A stretch of 64,000 nucleotides of DNA from Methanobacteriota archaeon (GTDB taxonomy: Archaea; Thermoplasmatota; E2; DHVEG-1): the NCBI GenBank assembly GCA_963769885.1, contig CAVYNH010000004.1, positions 1 through 64,000 of the forward strand, in the 5' to 3' direction. Below, piece by piece: positions 36,013 through 46,472 of the stretch. The first letter of the stretch is position 1; each line of letters starts with the position of its first letter. The notes below the pieces were generated by a model that ran no database searches, was not told the origin of the DNA, and was given only the letters and a program-made list of their open reading frames with translations. The translations under genes were made by a program, and so were the position numbers.

Positions 36013-39000
36013 ATGCCCACACTCCGCGCCGCCGGCATGGATGCTGCCCAGCGAGGACACAACCGACACGCCCTCCTGGCCATCACCCTCGCCCTGGCCC
36101 TCCTCCTCCCCTGCCTCACTGCCAGGCCTCTTCTCGCTGCAGTCGACACTATCCCCTCCTGGAACGCCCAGTTCCCCAGCAGCCAAGAACTCATCATGCC
36201 CTACAACACCAGCCTACCCCGCGCCAAAAACCAGGCCATCGACCTCCCCATCACCTTCCACGGCCCCTGCTGGACCACCAACCCGACCCAGACCTCCGTC
36301 CGCGTCGCCTGCTGGAACGGCACCGGCTGGACCGAACTCCCCTCCCAAATCTATAACCTCCAGACCGCCAACGACACCAGCCACATCAAAGCCTGCAACC
36401 TCGTCTTCCTCATCCCCGACACCGCGAACGGCCACGAACGCTACTACATCCACTACAGCGCCAACCAAACCCCCCCACCCGACTACCCCGACCACCTCAG
36501 CATCGTCGACGCCACCTACCAGTTCGCCCCCATCAAGGAAATCTCCGCCGAAGCCCACTTCTACGGCATCGTCGAAGACGGCTACAGCATCTACGGCATC
36601 GGCGAAGAAGGCAAAGTACTCGACCGCGCCTGCGCCCAAGTCGTCGTCAAACAACACAAAGGAGCCACCACCTTCGACGCCCTCAACTCCGACCAATTCG
36701 TCAGCTATGCCTTCTCCTACTACTACGGCACCGACGAAAAAGACGAAAGCAGCAGCGACCAGGTCTTCCTCAGCAAACAAATCCTCGTCGACGGCCCCCT
36801 CATGGTCACCGTTAAAATCAGCAGCCAATCCAGCCTTGCCGACGTCCGAACCACCAACGAATACCGCTACTACTACACCCCCGGCGACGACAAACGCATC
36901 TACGTCCACGCCAAACACGAAATGCTCAAAGCCGCCACCGTCAAAGGCCTCGACGACATCGACGGCCGCTACGGCAGCATCATCTCAGTAAAAGCCCGCA
37001 GCAGCACCATCCCCAGCCTCAACATGGGCGACATCAACCCCCTCCTCGACTTCAACAGCACCACCAAACCCGTCGAAGAATACCAAATGGACCTCAACCC
37101 CGAAACCACCGACCGCGAATGGATCATCCCCTACCAAGACAACGCCGACCTCGGCCCCGACGCCTGGCTCTCCTACGGCGACGGCATCATCGGCCGCGCC
37201 AGCGCCGTCATCTTCGCCACCAACACCGGTCTCATCACCCAAGGCACCAACGAAAACGACGGCATCCAACTCAAAGTCTGCGAAAAACAATACTTCGACT
37301 TCCTCGGCACCCAAGTCGACTACGCCAGCCTCAACTTCGGCCGTAACTCCTACGACCCCACCAAAGGCCACGACATCACCATCCCCGCCAACCTCATCGT
37401 CCAATTCGACGCCGAAACCTTCTACACCTCCACCGGCGGCTACACCGCCACCCAACAAGAAGCCCACCTCTTCCAATCCCTCATCCGCAACCACACCCAA
37501 AACACCGCTCCCCCCACCAACGCCACCCGCTACAACCTCACCGTCAGCGCCTACTTCGGCGGCACCTTCCTCACATTTCCCTGGCTCGCCGAACACCCCA
37601 CCGTCACCATGCAACTCTACCAAAACGATACCTATCTCACTACCATCCAAGCCAACGGCACGACCATCCTTAGCAGCGCCACCGCCACCTTCCCCAACAT
37701 CACCGCTGGCCTATACATCGCCAAAGTCTACCTCAAAATTAGCAACACCCGCTTCCTCATCGGCGCCGCCGTCATCCCTGTCAACAAAAGCCTTACCACT
37801 CAAATCATCTGCACCTGGGAACGTGCCATCAAAGTCACCGCCCTAAACCAATACAACCACGGCATCCCTAACGTCCTCGTTCACCTCCAGAACAAGGACG
37901 GCCTCATCTTCGATTGCAACACCACTGACACCACCGGCAGCATCACCCTCCATGCCCCCTACAACCCCAACGATCCATACAAAGTCACGGCGTTCTACAA
38001 ACAACGCCAAATCTTTAACACAACCCTCCCTGCAACCCTCCAATATGCCGCTGCGAGCATCACCCTCGCCCTCTACAACTTCACTATAAAACTCGTCGAC
38101 GCCTACAACCTCCCCCCCGCCGTCGACGCCAGCCCACAACTCCTCCTTCAAAACGATAACCAGACTATCCCGATTTTCCCGGATATTGTCAATCAGAACT
38201 ATTATACTTTTACCAATCTCTTCGCTGGCAACTACACCGCCCAAATCCTTTACCGTAACCACATCGACTCCTCCTCTCTTACCATCCCTGAAAACGGCCT
38301 CGTTATCCAGATGATGTTCACCCAGACCTACCCGGCTACCTTTGACCTCTACGACGTGCGAGGAAACCCGATCACCGCCAGCGACGTCCTCCTCAGAGTC
38401 ATGCGCAACAGCACACTAGTCTACAGCTCATTCAAACACAGCATCTCGCTGCCCCCCGCCGAGTACGAAATCCTCTTCTACTCCGAGAACCGTCTCATTG
38501 CATCGAAAACCCTGGACCTCACCAGTGAACACCATAGCAGCATCGTCACTACCCTGGACCCTCAGCTGCCTCCCTTCACTATTGCGGCCAGCATTGCCGC
38601 CTTCGCGGCAGCCGCCATCCTCGCCGCACTCCGCAAGATCCGTCTACGCACTCTCTTTCTCGCCCTCGCCTTCTCCCTTATCCTCCTCGCGATTGTCCAG
38701 CCCTGGTGGGAGCTTGATGGTGCTAGGACGAATCCGTCGGCTACCCGGCATATCGATATGTTCATTCAACCGGGCGTCCTCATGGAGACACTCACAAGCT
38801 CGATGGTCACTCAACGAACGATATCCGAGATGCCCCCGCAGTTCATCTCGTTCCTCGGCCTCCTCATCCTTATACTCATGATCGCCTGTGGTATGGCAGT
38901 AGCAACAATCGGCATCTCATTGCATAAAAAACCGTGGTACAGCCTGATCATCCAGCCCGTTCTCATTTGTCTTCTGATAGGCATCGCGGTTGTATACGTC

Positions 39001-39228
39001 TATGGAACTTCGATTCTCACGAACATCGGCATCGGATCACTCCAAGGTTCGGGACCTTTGATCGTGAGCGTGGGCAACGTCAATTTGAATATCCCCTCAT
39101 CCTGGGGGCTAAGCAGCGGCTTCTATCTTCTCATCCTAGCCGCTGTTGCGACAGCGATAGCATTCTCGCTTACCTTGCTTGAATGGCGAAAGAAGAGACG
39201 ATTGTTAGAAGAGCGAACCCGACCGTGA
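36013..39228 (+). CDS. Large membrane-anchored extracellular protein (1071 aa), unknown function
   Basis: Signal/TM, DUF2341-like N-terminal segment, repeated beta-sandwich-like segments with many sequons, about 5 C-terminal TM helices. Confidence 0.8.
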   Translation: MPTLRAAGMDAAQRGHNRHALLAITLALALLLPCLTARPLLAAVDTIPSWNAQFPSSQELIMPYNTSLPRAKNQAIDLPITFHGPCWTTNPTQTSVRVACWNGTGWTELPSQIYNLQTANDTSHIKACNLVFLIPDTANGHERYYIHYSANQTPPPDYPDHLSIVDATYQFAPIKEISAEAHFYGIVEDGYSIYGIGEEGKVLDRACAQVVVKQHKGATTFDALNSDQFVSYAFSYYYGTDEKDESSSDQVFLSKQILVDGPLMVTVKISSQSSLADVRTTNEYRYYYTPGDDKRIYVHAKHEMLKAATVKGLDDIDGRYGSIISVKARSSTIPSLNMGDINPLLDFNSTTKPVEEYQMDLNPETTDREWIIPYQDNADLGPDAWLSYGDGIIGRASAVIFATNTGLITQGTNENDGIQLKVCEKQYFDFLGTQVDYASLNFGRNSYDPTKGHDITIPANLIVQFDAETFYTSTGGYTATQQEAHLFQSLIRNHTQNTAPPTNATRYNLTVSAYFGGTFLTFPWLAEHPTVTMQLYQNDTYLTTIQANGTTILSSATATFPNITAGLYIAKVYLKISNTRFLIGAAVIPVNKSLTTQIICTWERAIKVTALNQYNHGIPNVLVHLQNKDGLIFDCNTTDTTGSITLHAPYNPNDPYKVTAFYKQRQIFNTTLPATLQYAAASITLALYNFTIKLVDAYNLPPAVDASPQLLLQNDNQTIPIFPDIVNQNYYTFTNLFAGNYTAQILYRNHIDSSSLTIPENGLVIQMMFTQTYPATFDLYDVRGNPITASDVLLRVMRNSTLVYSSFKHSISLPPAEYEILFYSENRLIASKTLDLTSEHHSSIVTTLDPQLPPFTIAASIAAFAAAAILAALRKIRLRTLFLALAFSLILLAIVQPWWELDGARTNPSATRHIDMFIQPGVLMETLTSSMVTQRTISEMPPQFISFLGLLILILMIACGMAVATIGISLHKKPWYSLIIQPVLICLLIGIAVVYVYGTSILTNIGIGSLQGSGPLIVSVGNVNLNIPSSWGLSSGFYLLILAAVATAIAFSLTLLEWRKKRRLLEERTRP

Positions 39229-40087
39229 AGAGAAAATAGGTCAGGTACATCGCCATCCATGCACTCGTATTTTCCAATGATCGACGCCGATCATCACGTA
39301 CAAGAAGAACAGCAATCAAAACCCCGCAGAGCATAAGTCCCGCCAAGACGAGGAACGCCTGCGGGAGGACTCCAACGATGACCAGGGGTATGACTGCGGC
39401 GAAGGAGGAGACCATGATGATGGCGGAGAGCATCGCTGTCTTGCGCACGCCCAGGGCGTTGCAGAGAGTGTGCGTCCCTACGGAGCGGTCTGCCGCTGTA
39501 TCCAGGACGTCTTTGGTCGCCGTGCCACCGAAGAGGAACACCGACGCGATGCCGCCGATAGCCAGGGGAAGGCTCTGGAACGGGTTTGCGAAGACACTCC
39601 ATGATGCTAAAATCCCGAACAACCCCCGGGGTAGAGCCACCCAGAGTTGGTTGATGGCCAGGTGCTGTTTCATGCGGGGAGGCAGCGAATAAGTGATTGT
39701 GAAGAGGGCGATGATGAACACGAACCCAGCGAAGAGGACGTGGACGAAGAACGCTATAGATAAGGACAGGAAATATAAGAGGAGGGAAATCGTGTACGCT
39801 TCCCGAAGCGTGATGAGCTTTTTTGGTAGGGGTCGATAGGGCTTCGAGAGGCAGTCTTCCTCGTAGTCTGCTGCTTGGTTCAGCGCATTGGAGGCGCCGT
39901 TGAGGAGGGCGAGGCTGAGACTGGCCGGCAACATCGCGCCGAGAAGAGAGAGAATGGGGAGGGAGTGGGCGGCGGCGTAGACGTAGCTGGCAGCCATGAC
40001 GCTGATGCTGACGATGAGTGGGGCGAGTAGGGTGAATGGCCGTAGGAGAAGCAGGTACTTGTGGAGGGTACTGAAGGTCTTCCTCAT
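39170..40087 (-). CDS. UbiA-family prenyltransferase 4 (NQxxD type, paralog of 35030-35998)
   Basis: LLRPFTL, NQAADYEEDCLSKPYRPLP, YSLPPRMK, PRGLF.ILASWSVF and KDVLDTAAD motifs. Confidence 0.9.
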   Translation of the reverse strand: MRKTFSTLHKYLLLLRPFTLLAPLIVSISVMAASYVYAAAHSLPILSLLGAMLPASLSLALLNGASNALNQAADYEEDCLSKPYRPLPKKLITLREAYTISLLLYFLSLSIAFFVHVLFAGFVFIIALFTITYSLPPRMKQHLAINQLWVALPRGLFGILASWSVFANPFQSLPLAIGGIASVFLFGGTATKDVLDTAADRSVGTHTLCNALGVRKTAMLSAIIMVSSFAAVIPLVIVGVLPQAFLVLAGLMLCGVLIAVLLVRDDRRRSLENTSAWMAMYLTYFLFTVGFALLTIVSSFAIQAR

Positions 40088-40148
40088 CTATAGGGTGTTC
40101 TGTTTGTACTGCCTTATAAAGGATTTGTGACAGGTGGTGTCCGTTTGG

Positions 40149-40652
40149 TTAGGGGTGGTCTTTGAGTCGGTCTTGTCCGTGGATTTCTTTGATGATGTCG
40201 ACGACGGCTGGAGGGACGAGATGTGTCCAGCGGCCGCCGGTGGCGAGTCGGCTGCGGATTTCTTTGCCGCTGTAGTGGTCGCGGTGATAGAGGGGGGTGC
40301 GTTTGACGTGGAAGCCGTGCTGAGTGAAGAGGCGGGTGGTTTCGGGGTTGTTGGTGATGACGTCGGTGAAGTCGGTGACGTAGGTGAGGACGTGGTCGAC
40401 CCAGTGGGGTGGGTCGTGGATGTCGGGGATGGCGATGATGCGGTAGTTGGTGATGCCGGCGTTGGTGAGTGATCTGGTGATCATTTCGCGTCGTTCGTCG
40501 TAGGAAAAAGGGTTCTCGGCGGTGTGGCTGTATTGGGAGGAGCCGACGCCGATGATGATTTCGGTGTAGGTGGGGCTGAGGGTTTGGATGAGGTGGAGGT
40601 GGCCGTTATGGAATGGTTGGAAGCGTCCGATGAGGAGTGCGTTCATGGCCAT
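40149..40652 (-). CDS. nadM: Nicotinamide-nucleotide adenylyltransferase
   Basis: GRFQPFHNGH, ENPFS..ER and SGKEIR motifs. Confidence 0.93.
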   Translation of the reverse strand: MAMNALLIGRFQPFHNGHLHLIQTLSPTYTEIIIGVGSSQYSHTAENPFSYDERREMITRSLTNAGITNYRIIAIPDIHDPPHWVDHVLTYVTDFTDVITNNPETTRLFTQHGFHVKRTPLYHRDHYSGKEIRSRLATGGRWTHLVPPAVVDIIKEIHGQDRLKDHP

Positions 40653-40673
40653 TCCACCTGGCTCATTTTTGTG

Positions 40674-42737
40674 TTAGGGTGTTTTGTTTGGGTTTTTGGT
40701 TTCGCGGTATTCGATTTCCTTGAGTTTTTTGTCCTCTATTTTGACGAGGGGGGTTGATTTGCGTTCGGATTCCATCTCGACTTTGCCGGTGATTTTTGGT
40801 GGTTTCATTAGGCGGAGTTTCTGGAGGAGTTCTTCTTTGCCGGGGCCGGTGAGTGCGTTTTCGAGGACGTCGGTGAGGGTTTCGACCGGGATGATTTTGA
40901 TTTTGTCTTTGTAGCGGTCTTCGATGAGGATGTCGTTTAGGTTTTTCTTGGGGATGAGGACGGTGTCCATGCCGGCTTCGGCTGCTGCCTCGATTTTGGC
41001 GGTGACGCCGCCGATGGGGAGGACGGTGCCGCGGATGCTGATGGATCCGGTCATGGCGACGTTCTGCTTCACCGGGACGTTTTCCATGGCGCTGATGACG
41101 GCGGTGATGAGGCTGATGCTGGCGCTGTCGCCTTCGACTCCTTCGTAGGTGCCGATGAACTGGATGTGGATGTCGTGGGTGGAGATGTCTCGGCCCATGT
41201 ATTTCTTGATGATCGCGCTGATGTTTTGTACGGATTCTTTGGCGATCTCGCCGAGTTTGCCGGTGGCGATGACTTTGCCTTCGGATTGGCTGCCGGCGGG
41301 GGTGACTTCGGCGACGATGGGCAGGACGAGTCCGCTGAACTCGCTCATGCTGGGGTCTGCGGAGTGGACGGCGAGTCCGTTGACGACGCCGACTTCTTCG
41401 CCTTCGATGCGGAAGGAGCGGTAGGCTTTTTGGCTTTCGAGGGCGCGGTCTGCCACTTGTTGCTCGAGGCTGCGGGCGATCTGTTTTGCCGCTAGGACGT
41501 GGTCTTGGGTGACGAGTTTGTCCCCGCGTTCGTAGGCGATGTCGCCGGCGACTCTGATGAGTCCGCCGAGTTCACGGAGACGCAGGGAGAGTTTGCCTTT
41601 GCGTCCGGCGCGGCGTTGGGCCTCGTGGATGATTTCTCCGACTGCTTCTTTGTTGAAGTGGGAGATCTTGGAGTCTTTTTTGACTTCCTGGGCGACGAAG
41701 CGGATGAGTTTGGTGCGGTTTTCTTCGGTGTCGTTCATCGTGCTCCAGAGGTAGCTTTCGTAGCCGTAGCCGCGGATACGGGACCGGAGCGCTGGGTGCA
41801 TGCCGTTGAGGGCGTCGAGGTTGCCGGCGGAGACCAGGATGAAGTCGCAGGGTGCGGGCTCGGTTTTGACCATAGCGCCGAAGCTGCGTTCGGATTGTCC
41901 GGTGATCTGGAATTTCTTCTCCTGGATCGCGGTGAGGAGGTGTTGTTGTGAGGGCAGGCTGAGGGTGTTGATTTCGTCGATGTAGAGGACGCCTTTGTGT
42001 GCGCGGTGGATGGCGCCGGCTTCGACGAGCTGGTGCGGTGGCGTCTCAAGTCCTGCGGATTGGAATGGGTCGTGGCGGACGTCGCCGAGCAGCGCACCGG
42101 AGTGTGCCGCGGTGGCGTCGATGAAGGGTGGGAGGTCGTTTTTCTCGTGGCCGACGAGGATTTTGGGGATCATTTGTATTTCTTTGCGTTGTGAGAGTCC
42201 TCCTCGGGCGATGATGAGGTAGATGAAGACAGCTGCGAAGATGCCGAGGAGGGCGTATTCCAGGTGGTTGGTGAGGAAGGCGGCGGCGATGGAGAAGACG
42301 ACGATCATGAGGACGATGCTGAGCATGAAGTTGTTCTGCTGCTCCGCTTTCTTTTTAGCTTGTTCGCGTTGGCTGCGGATGATGTCTTGTGCTTTGCCGC
42401 TGGGGACGACGCGGATGGTGGGGGTGTTGGTGTCCTCGTTGTTGGGGTAGACGATGATGTCTTCCAGTTCGCCTTTGGGGAGGAACTCAGTCATGGCTCG
42501 GGCGATCATGGATTTGCCGGTGCCGGGGTCGCCGATGAGCATGACGTGGCGTTTCTGCTCCGCCGCTTTCTTGATAATCGTCACGGTCTGGTCTTGTCCG
42601 ATGACCTGTTCGAGGAGGGTGTCTGGGACTTTGATTTCCTCGGTGGTGCGGAAGTTGACGGTCTTGATCCATTCCTTGATTGGGGGAAGGGCCTCCGCCG
42701 TGACAGGTTCTTCACTGGCTTCGGTTGTCCTAGTCAT
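40674..42737 (-). CDS. lonB: Archaeal ATP-dependent protease LonB
   Basis: GDPGTGKS, two-TM insertion, [18 protein letters not shown] catalytic Ser and GGVTAKIEA catalytic Lys. Confidence 0.96.
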   Translation of the reverse strand: MTRTTEASEEPVTAEALPPIKEWIKTVNFRTTEEIKVPDTLLEQVIGQDQTVTIIKKAAEQKRHVMLIGDPGTGKSMIARAMTEFLPKGELEDIIVYPNNEDTNTPTIRVVPSGKAQDIIRSQREQAKKKAEQQNNFMLSIVLMIVVFSIAAAFLTNHLEYALLGIFAAVFIYLIIARGGLSQRKEIQMIPKILVGHEKNDLPPFIDATAAHSGALLGDVRHDPFQSAGLETPPHQLVEAGAIHRAHKGVLYIDEINTLSLPSQQHLLTAIQEKKFQITGQSERSFGAMVKTEPAPCDFILVSAGNLDALNGMHPALRSRIRGYGYESYLWSTMNDTEENRTKLIRFVAQEVKKDSKISHFNKEAVGEIIHEAQRRAGRKGKLSLRLRELGGLIRVAGDIAYERGDKLVTQDHVLAAKQIARSLEQQVADRALESQKAYRSFRIEGEEVGVVNGLAVHSADPSMSEFSGLVLPIVAEVTPAGSQSEGKVIATGKLGEIAKESVQNISAIIKKYMGRDISTHDIHIQFIGTYEGVEGDSASISLITAVISAMENVPVKQNVAMTGSISIRGTVLPIGGVTAKIEAAAEAGMDTVLIPKKNLNDILIEDRYKDKIKIIPVETLTDVLENALTGPGKEELLQKLRLMKPPKITGKVEMESERKSTPLVKIEDKKLKEIEYRETKNPNKTP

Positions 42738-42887
42738 TCTTTTGTGGTGAGAGGATTACTGCATATAAGGCTTATGGATTTGGATTCAGTGTTGTACGGG
42801 TGTTGTGTGTGTTTTCTCTGTCAGTTTAAATGGTGGGGCGTCGTTGGCTTTATATTTGGTTTTGTTCTACCTAGATAATAGTAACGT

Positions 42888-44081
42888 ATGCAGCTTGGTA
42901 TTGTCGGGAAGCCGAACGTGGGGAAGTCGACGTTCTTCAACGCGGCGACGAAGGCGCATGCGGAGATCGCGAATTATCCGTTCACGACGATTGAGGCGAA
43001 CCGCGGGGTGATGTTCATCCGCAAGCCGTGCCCGTGCCGGGAGTTTCATGTGACGTGTACGCCGCATAACGCGCGGTGTATCGATGGGGTCCGGTTCGTG
43101 CCGATCGAGGCGTTGGACGTCGCAGGGCTGGTGCCGGACGCTCATAACGGCCGCGGTCTTGGGAATAAGTTCCTGGATGATCTGCGGCAGGCGCATGCAC
43201 TCATCCACATCGTGGACGCGTCCGGTAGTACCGATGCGGAGGGCAACCCGACAAACGTCGGTGCTCACGATCCGGCGGAGGATATCGCTTTCCTTGAGAA
43301 AGAGATTGATTACTGGTTGTTCGGGATCATCAAGAAGACGTGGGAGTTGAACGCGCGCAAGTCGGAGCTTGAGGGCAAGAAGATTGAGCAGATGCTTGGG
43401 GAGCAATTGACCGGGCTGGGGATCAAGGAGGAGCATGTGACCGCGGCGATCCGGAAGCTGAACCTGGACCGGGAGCGGCCGGCGTTGTGGAAGGACCAGG
43501 ATCTGTTTCGGTTCACGAGTTTTTTGCGGGTGTTCAGCAAGCCGATGATCATCGCGCTCAATAAGAGTGATATGGCGCCGGAGGCGCTGATGAAGAAGCT
43601 TCTCGCGATGCCGGGGTACACGATGATTCCGACGAGCGCGGAGAGCGAGCTTGCGCTGGGCAACGCGTTGGATAAGGGCATCATCGACTATGTGCCAGGG
43701 GCGGGGAGTTTCAAGGTCCTGCATCCTGAGACGCTGTCGGAGAAGCAGAAGGGGGCGCTGGAGTACATCCAGACGCATGTCCTTGGGAAGTACGGTTCGA
43801 CTGGTGTCCACCAATGTATCGATGAGGCGGTGCGGATGCTGGACCTTATCGTGGTCTACCCTGTGGCGGATGAGCATCATCTGACCGACAAGGAGGGTCG
43901 GGTGCTGCCGGATGCGTTCCTCGTGCCGAAGGGGACGACCGCGAAGGAGTTGGCGTTCAAGGTGCATACGGATCTGGGGAACCATTTCATCCGCGCGATC
44001 GATGCCCGGGCGCATCGCGTCATCGGCGCGGACCACCAGGTAAAAGACGGAGATATCATCAGCATCATCGCGGACATCTAA
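42888..44081 (+). CDS. ychF: YchF/OLA1-family ATPase with TGS domain
   Basis: GKPNVGKST, NYPFTTI, DVAGLVP..GRGLGNKFLDDL and C-terminal TGS. Confidence 0.93.
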   Translation: MQLGIVGKPNVGKSTFFNAATKAHAEIANYPFTTIEANRGVMFIRKPCPCREFHVTCTPHNARCIDGVRFVPIEALDVAGLVPDAHNGRGLGNKFLDDLRQAHALIHIVDASGSTDAEGNPTNVGAHDPAEDIAFLEKEIDYWLFGIIKKTWELNARKSELEGKKIEQMLGEQLTGLGIKEEHVTAAIRKLNLDRERPALWKDQDLFRFTSFLRVFSKPMIIALNKSDMAPEALMKKLLAMPGYTMIPTSAESELALGNALDKGIIDYVPGAGSFKVLHPETLSEKQKGALEYIQTHVLGKYGSTGVHQCIDEAVRMLDLIVVYPVADEHHLTDKEGRVLPDAFLVPKGTTAKELAFKVHTDLGNHFIRAIDARAHRVIGADHQVKDGDIISIIADI

Positions 44082-44189
44082 CCCTCTTTTAGTTACATTT
44101 TTTCTAAAAAACGAACTAAATATTCCTTAAAAAGAGGTCCAATAATAATAAAAGACAGAACGATGATTACTTCATTGGAGGAACGCCGT

Positions 44190-44903
44190 ATGAAAAGAAA
44201 TTTCATACTTGGAGTAATCATATTTTCTGTTATTTTTGGTAACGTCTCAATTAGCAGGATAAGCTCGGCGCAGCCTCTTCAACCCCAAATTATCCTTGAC
44301 CCTCCAGCGCCGAATGGAGAACATGGATGGTATGTAACCCCAGTGAACATCAGTTGTATAACTGAAAATTGGACCGTCATATATCGCTTAGACAATAGTT
44401 CATGGCAGACTTACCAGTCCACGATCTGTGTCAATACCGATGGCCATCATAATTTCAGTTATTATGCCATTGATCCTCAAGGAAACGTCACACCTACTAA
44501 ATACATCGTATTCAAAATAGACCAGACCCCACCCTACCGGTTCGGAGACAATACGAGCGGGATTAACCGAGTCGAATATTACCTGCAAGGCGCATTGCAA
44601 TTTACAGCTACAGAACCACCGTACGAATGGACGCTTTCCCCCCTCCCCCCCGGTAATATTACGATTGGAATCCGCATCTATGATAATGCTGGCAACAACA
44701 TCTCAATCTTCCAGAGAACCCAACACGTGTTCGGCTTTATCATCAAAAAAGGAGGATGCCACTGCTGTCCCGACTGCTTCGCTATTGCATTGAAAATCGG
44801 GTCAGAATGGCATTTCCTCGAACCAGTCAACTTATCCGGCGGACACTCCGGTTATTACGGCAAATTTTTTGTCTGTGGCTGGTTCTTGTTCACGCTCACT
44901 TAA
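44190..44903 (+). CDS. Secreted protein with Ig-like segments
   Basis: GGAGG RBS, signal peptide, PNGEHGWY...YYAID..GN...KIDQTPP and SGINRVEYY; more AT-rich than its neighbours. Confidence 0.7.
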   Translation: MKRNFILGVIIFSVIFGNVSISRISSAQPLQPQIILDPPAPNGEHGWYVTPVNISCITENWTVIYRLDNSSWQTYQSTICVNTDGHHNFSYYAIDPQGNVTPTKYIVFKIDQTPPYRFGDNTSGINRVEYYLQGALQFTATEPPYEWTLSPLPPGNITIGIRIYDNAGNNISIFQRTQHVFGFIIKKGGCHCCPDCFAIALKIGSEWHFLEPVNLSGGHSGYYGKFFVCGWFLFTLT

Positions 44904-45072
44904 GGGCTTCCTTCCAGAGAAAAAAAATGGATAGGTGTGTAGTTGCACATCAGGCTGCCTGGTAGTTGCACACCCAGCTACGAAACAAGCTTTTAAATAA
45001 CGGTGAGGATGGGAGGCTTGGGATCACTCAACAAATCATCGTCTAATCGATTGCCGCTAGGAGGAGAGACGC

Positions 45073-45534
45073 ATGATTGCCAACAAAAGGATTAGCACGA
45101 AGACGCTATCGAAAAACTTCAAGTCCACGAAGGCGCCCGTGCAGTTCCTCGCCCTTGGACACCCCAAAGGGAACCGCCCGGAGCCGAGCCGAAAAATCCC
45201 GTGTCAACAACCCATGGTGTGCGCTATGGACGAGGACCCGCCGCGGCCACGGAAGCACCGCCTGCCGGTCTCGATCAGGCCGTCCGTGACGGTCCGCTTC
45301 ACATTCAAATCGCTGCGCTGGATCATCGTTGTGCTGTTCCTCTACCTGGTCATTGGAACGGTGATGATGGTCGAGGACGGGACGGACTCCATGAAGACCA
45401 TCATCATCTACAGCGTCATGGGCTTCGCGACGTTCTTCATGGGCTACTTCGGCTGGATCGTCGCCCGGGACGTCCTTGAGCAGATAAGCCGGCATCGCCA
45501 AGCCCAGGATGATGCCACCCCTGAGGCACAATAG
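45073..45534 (+). CDS. Hypothetical membrane protein (2 TM)
   Basis: GGAGG RBS before the ATG; two C-terminal hydrophobic helices; start uncertain. Confidence 0.55.
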   Translation: MIANKRISTKTLSKNFKSTKAPVQFLALGHPKGNRPEPSRKIPCQQPMVCAMDEDPPRPRKHRLPVSIRPSVTVRFTFKSLRWIIVVLFLYLVIGTVMMVEDGTDSMKTIIIYSVMGFATFFMGYFGWIVARDVLEQISRHRQAQDDATPEAQ

Positions 45535-45593
45535 CTGCCTCACCCCCTATCTTTTTTTACCTCTGTTTTGTTCTGACCTTTGAGTGATACCTA

Positions 45594-46424
45594 GTGATTA
45601 TCTTTGAGAATCATCTGCATCTCCGCCGCGACGGCCACTACATTGAGGCAGTCAAAAAGTTCGCCAAGGCCGGCGGAACGCACCTCGTCCTCACCCAATA
45701 TCCCATGCCGGAGCGGGTCCTGATTGAGAAAAGCTATGTACCACTTTATACAGACACGCTACGGATGGCTGAGGAGATCATGGCCGCGGTGCCCGTAACG
45801 GTGTTCACAGTCGTGGGGCCGTACCCCGTTGACTACCTCGCCTTCCGGGACGTCATCGGCCGTGACCAGGCTATTCTGCTCATGAAGAAAGGGATGGATG
45901 AGGCCGCAGGGCTCTGTTGGGAGCATCGCTGCATCGCAATCGGGGAAATCGGCAGGCCGCACTTCCCCGTCGCAACGGAGATTATCCGGGATTCTAATGA
46001 AATCCTGCAGTATGGGATGCGGTGTGCGGCTGAGGTTGGCGTCCCAGTGGTGTTGCACACGGAATCGACGACGCCGGCCCACTGCAAGGAATTTGTTGAC
46101 CTGGGTCGCGCTGTCGGCCTGCGAGCTGATGCGATCGTGAAGCATTTCTCCCCGCCGTTGATCACCAGCGTGGAGAACTTCGGGTTGATGCCCTCCGTGC
46201 TTTCAAGTAAAAAGAATATTGTGACGGCGTTGACAAAAGGCTCCCGGTTCCTCATGGAGACGGATTACATCGATGATCTGAAGCGACCCGGGGTGGTCCT
46301 GGGCCCGGCGACGGTGCCGACGCTGACCAAGACACTGCTTGCGCGCGGGGTCATGACGGAGGCGCAGGCGGAGACGATTCACCGGACGAACCCGGAAAAG
46401 ACGTACCATCTCACGCTTGAGTAA
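45594..46424 (+). CDS. TatD-like metal-dependent hydrolase
   Basis: NHLH, GEIGRPHF, LHTE, KHF and METDYIDD motifs. Confidence 0.88.
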   Translation: MIIFENHLHLRRDGHYIEAVKKFAKAGGTHLVLTQYPMPERVLIEKSYVPLYTDTLRMAEEIMAAVPVTVFTVVGPYPVDYLAFRDVIGRDQAILLMKKGMDEAAGLCWEHRCIAIGEIGRPHFPVATEIIRDSNEILQYGMRCAAEVGVPVVLHTESTTPAHCKEFVDLGRAVGLRADAIVKHFSPPLITSVENFGLMPSVLSSKKNIVTALTKGSRFLMETDYIDDLKRPGVVLGPATVPTLTKTLLARGVMTEAQAETIHRTNPEKTYHLTLE

Positions 46425-46472
46425 ATTGCTCTATCCAAATCTTTATCTAAAATAAGTAAGGTACACGGTGGC

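Noticed and set aside
44190-44903. Mobile or foreign island suggested by AT-rich composition
   Set aside because: It is a single gene with no mobility genes or flanking repeats.
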